The notes under the pieces are model-generated. The model was not told the DNA's origin. It did not search any database and saw nothing but the letters and a program-made list of their open reading frames with translations. Below are positions 62,000-64,000 of a DNA stretch of 64,000 nucleotides, one piece after another. Position 1 is the stretch's first letter, and each line of letters opens with the position of its first letter. The DNA comes from Thermodesulfobacteriota bacterium (GTDB lineage: Bacteria; Desulfobacterota_D; UBA1144; Nemesobacterales; JAJCZQ01): the NCBI GenBank assembly GCA_965215275.1, contig OZ244044.1, forward strand, positions 1,536,001 through 1,600,000. The letters are read 5' to 3'. The position numbers were made by a program, and so were the translations under genes.

Positions 62000-62061
62000 A
62001 CCGGCGCAGTATACAGTTTTTACCTTCCGGTAACCATTTATAAAATTTTTCAAAAATTTTC

Positions 62062-62111
62062 TTGACAACAGGATCTGAATTGCTGATATTGTAAGTGACT
62101 GACTGGTCAGT
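62062..62111 (+). promoter_or_regulatory. Promoter and palindromic operator upstream of tetR-family gene
   Basis: TTGACA at 62062; ACTGAC-TG-GTCAGT palindrome at 62098-62111. Confidence 0.6.
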
Positions 62112-62130
62112 TTTATTCAGGTGAGGGTAA

Positions 62131-62748
62131 ATGTCCAAAGCAGCAAGGTTGAAAAGCAGTTCGCGAAGAGGCAGTGGATCTTCGGTCAGACTGAGTAAAA
62201 AGAACAATATAATAAAAGCCGCCACCAGGCTGTTTTCTGATAGAAGTTTTCATGACGTTACAATGGACGAAATAGCAGAGCGTGCCAAGGTATCAAAAGG
62301 TGCGCTTTACCTGTACTTCTCTTCAAAGGACAATTTATACCTTGAGATCCTTGAGCATACTTTTGATTCTATCGAGTCGATCTTAGAAAGAGAGGTTGCA
62401 AAAAGTGATTCCGCACCGGAAAAGCTGAAAAAACTTCTTTACATAATAATCAAATTTTACAGAGACAACATTGACATTTTAAGGATTCTCAGCAGAGATG
62501 AAACGCATCTTATACGCGAGCATCAGGAGTTAACGGAAAAGTGGAGATCAAGACGGCTTAGCTTATACGAGAAGATAATCAAAAAAGGTGTTGCGGAGGG
62601 GTCGTTCAAGACCAGGAACACCGAGCTTGCTGCTTTAATACTGTATGGGTCGATTGGTGTGGTTATGGTTTTTTATGATCTGGGAAAAAGTCCGGAAGTG
62701 GTTGCCGAGGAACTCTATTCAGAAATTGCCTCAGGACTTTTTCATTAA
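62131..62748 (+). CDS. TetR/AcrR family transcriptional regulator
   Basis: IIKAATRLF..TMDEIAERAKVSKGALYLYFSSKDNL HTH. Confidence 0.93.
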   Translation: MSKAARLKSSSRRGSGSSVRLSKKNNIIKAATRLFSDRSFHDVTMDEIAERAKVSKGALYLYFSSKDNLYLEILEHTFDSIESILEREVAKSDSAPEKLKKLLYIIIKFYRDNIDILRILSRDETHLIREHQELTEKWRSRRLSLYEKIIKKGVAEGSFKTRNTELAALILYGSIGVVMVFYDLGKSPEVVAEELYSEIASGLFH

Positions 62749-62828
62749 GGACGTGCAGATATATTAATTATTGTTCTGAAAATAATGAGTTTTAGCTAAT
62801 AAATTAATGTTTTAGGAGGTTAAGTTAG

Positions 62829-64000
62829 ATGGTTAATTATCCATTTAGTTCAAGAATTGGACATTTTGTTCCACCAAAGCAGTGGGCAAGCATGAGGGTC
62901 GCCAGGGACCTTGAGAAGCGAACCGGGAAAAAGATAATCCACTTTGAAAAAGGTGATTATCAGGGACCTGATTTTGACACTCCGGCACACGTGCTTGAAG
63001 CTACCGAAACGGCTTTGAGAGATGGCTATGTCAGATATGACCCAGGCCCGGGTTTACCGGAACTTAGAGAAGCCATTGCATCGCTTATGGCAGAAAGGGG
63101 AAGACCTACAAAGCCCGAAGAGGTGATCGTTACGGCGGGGGCCAAACACTCCCTTACGATGAACCTTTTAACTTTCCTTGAGGACGGGGACGAGGTTATC
63201 TTTCCCAATCCCGGTTATCCGCCTGACGAAGTCTGGGCAAAGTACACCAAAGCGGTAATTAAACACACGCCTTTGACAAAGCCCGACTGGCAGTTTGATG
63301 TGGCAAAACTTGAGGAGCAGATCACTCCCAAGACCAAACTTGTAATTATCAACACACCTCAAAGACCAAATGGTCACCTGGTGGAAAATCCCCAGGAGAT
63401 AGCGGATATGCTTCAAAGGCATCCACAGGTTATGATAATCTCCGATGAAATATTTTCACAGGTCACTTTTGATAAGCCGCATAGATCAATATCCGCAATT
63501 GAGGATATAAGGGACAGGGTGATCGTGATAGATACTTTCTCAAAGACCTGGGCAATGACAGGATGGCGTATTGGCTGGACCGTTGCACCCAAACCGGTCG
63601 TTGATAAGCTCTCAATATTTCTTCAGGATTCAATAACCAACGTGGCTGCGTTTATTCAAAAGGCCGCAACAGCAGCGATTACAGGCTCTCAGGACTGGGT
63701 CGATAACAAGCTCGGGTTATTGCAGAACAAAAGGGACCGTATGGTAAATGGTCTGAACGGTATTGACGGTATAGAGTGTGACTTGCCTGATGGTGCATTT
63801 TATGCTTTTGCCGATATTACGGGAACCGGGCTGACCTCACAGGAATTTACTGACCGGCTTGTTGAGAAAGCAGGAGTTGCAGTTGTTGCAGGAACTGCTT
63901 TTGGCAGCGAGGGTGAGGGATATGTAAGAATAACCTATGCCTGTTCTGATGAGGATATTGATGAAGGTGTGGAAAGGATAACAAATACCGATCTTAACGA
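62829..64000 (+). CDS. Class I/II PLP aminotransferase (aspartate aminotransferase-like), stop beyond window
   Basis: Not in ORF track; ATG after AGGAGG; PDFDTP, GLPELREAIA, SDEIF, FSKTWAMTGWRIG, GTAFG..GEGYVRI. Confidence 0.9.
   Translation, partial: MVNYPFSSRIGHFVPPKQWASMRVARDLEKRTGKKIIHFEKGDYQGPDFDTPAHVLEATETALRDGYVRYDPGPGLPELREAIASLMAERGRPTKPEEVIVTAGAKHSLTMNLLTFLEDGDEVIFPNPGYPPDEVWAKYTKAVIKHTPLTKPDWQFDVAKLEEQITPKTKLVIINTPQRPNGHLVENPQEIADMLQRHPQVMIISDEIFSQVTFDKPHRSISAIEDIRDRVIVIDTFSKTWAMTGWRIGWTVAPKPVVDKLSIFLQDSITNVAAFIQKAATAAITGSQDWVDNKLGLLQNKRDRMVNGLNGIDGIECDLPDGAFYAFADITGTGLTSQEFTDRLVEKAGVAVVAGTAFGSEGEGYVRITYACSDEDIDEGVERITNTDLN

Overview
Bacterial chromosomal segment with a housekeeping backbone: thiE, thrC, trmB, aroB, apt, an Omp85/TamA-like gene, panBCD, clpS, pssA/psd, ilvBNC, tsaB, pgpA-cinA-recA, parAB, purSQ, queG, a PFK, dapL and tRNA-Leu(CAG). 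Three paralogous surface-protein genes interrupt it (<2-1426, 25302-28439, 43915-46983), and two defence patches sit directly behind paralogs 1 and 3. The strongest signal is the paralog family. The two complete copies encode a kexin/furin-like S8 domain with all three catalytic residues substituted, a P-domain, five mosaic Ig-like repeats and a Gly6-Cys/TM/basic C-terminal tail. Both carry a near-identical promoter-leader with two poly-C tracts in series, and as assembled the signal peptide is out of frame. This suggests a phase-variable, recombinationally diversified pseudo-protease adhesin family with a two-switch leader. Defence cargo: (1) an IS1595-family element (1614-4119) carrying a methyltransferase and a PvuII-like endonuclease; (2) a helicase IV-like gene with an inserted nuclease domain; (3) a Hachiman-like nuclease/helicase pair inside a decayed type I R-M locus, bracketed by a 72-75 bp direct repeat related to the adhesin 3' flank; (4) a DUF2779-like nuclease next to an orphan IS1595-type end. 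All family calls come from motif recognition by eye; no searches were run.
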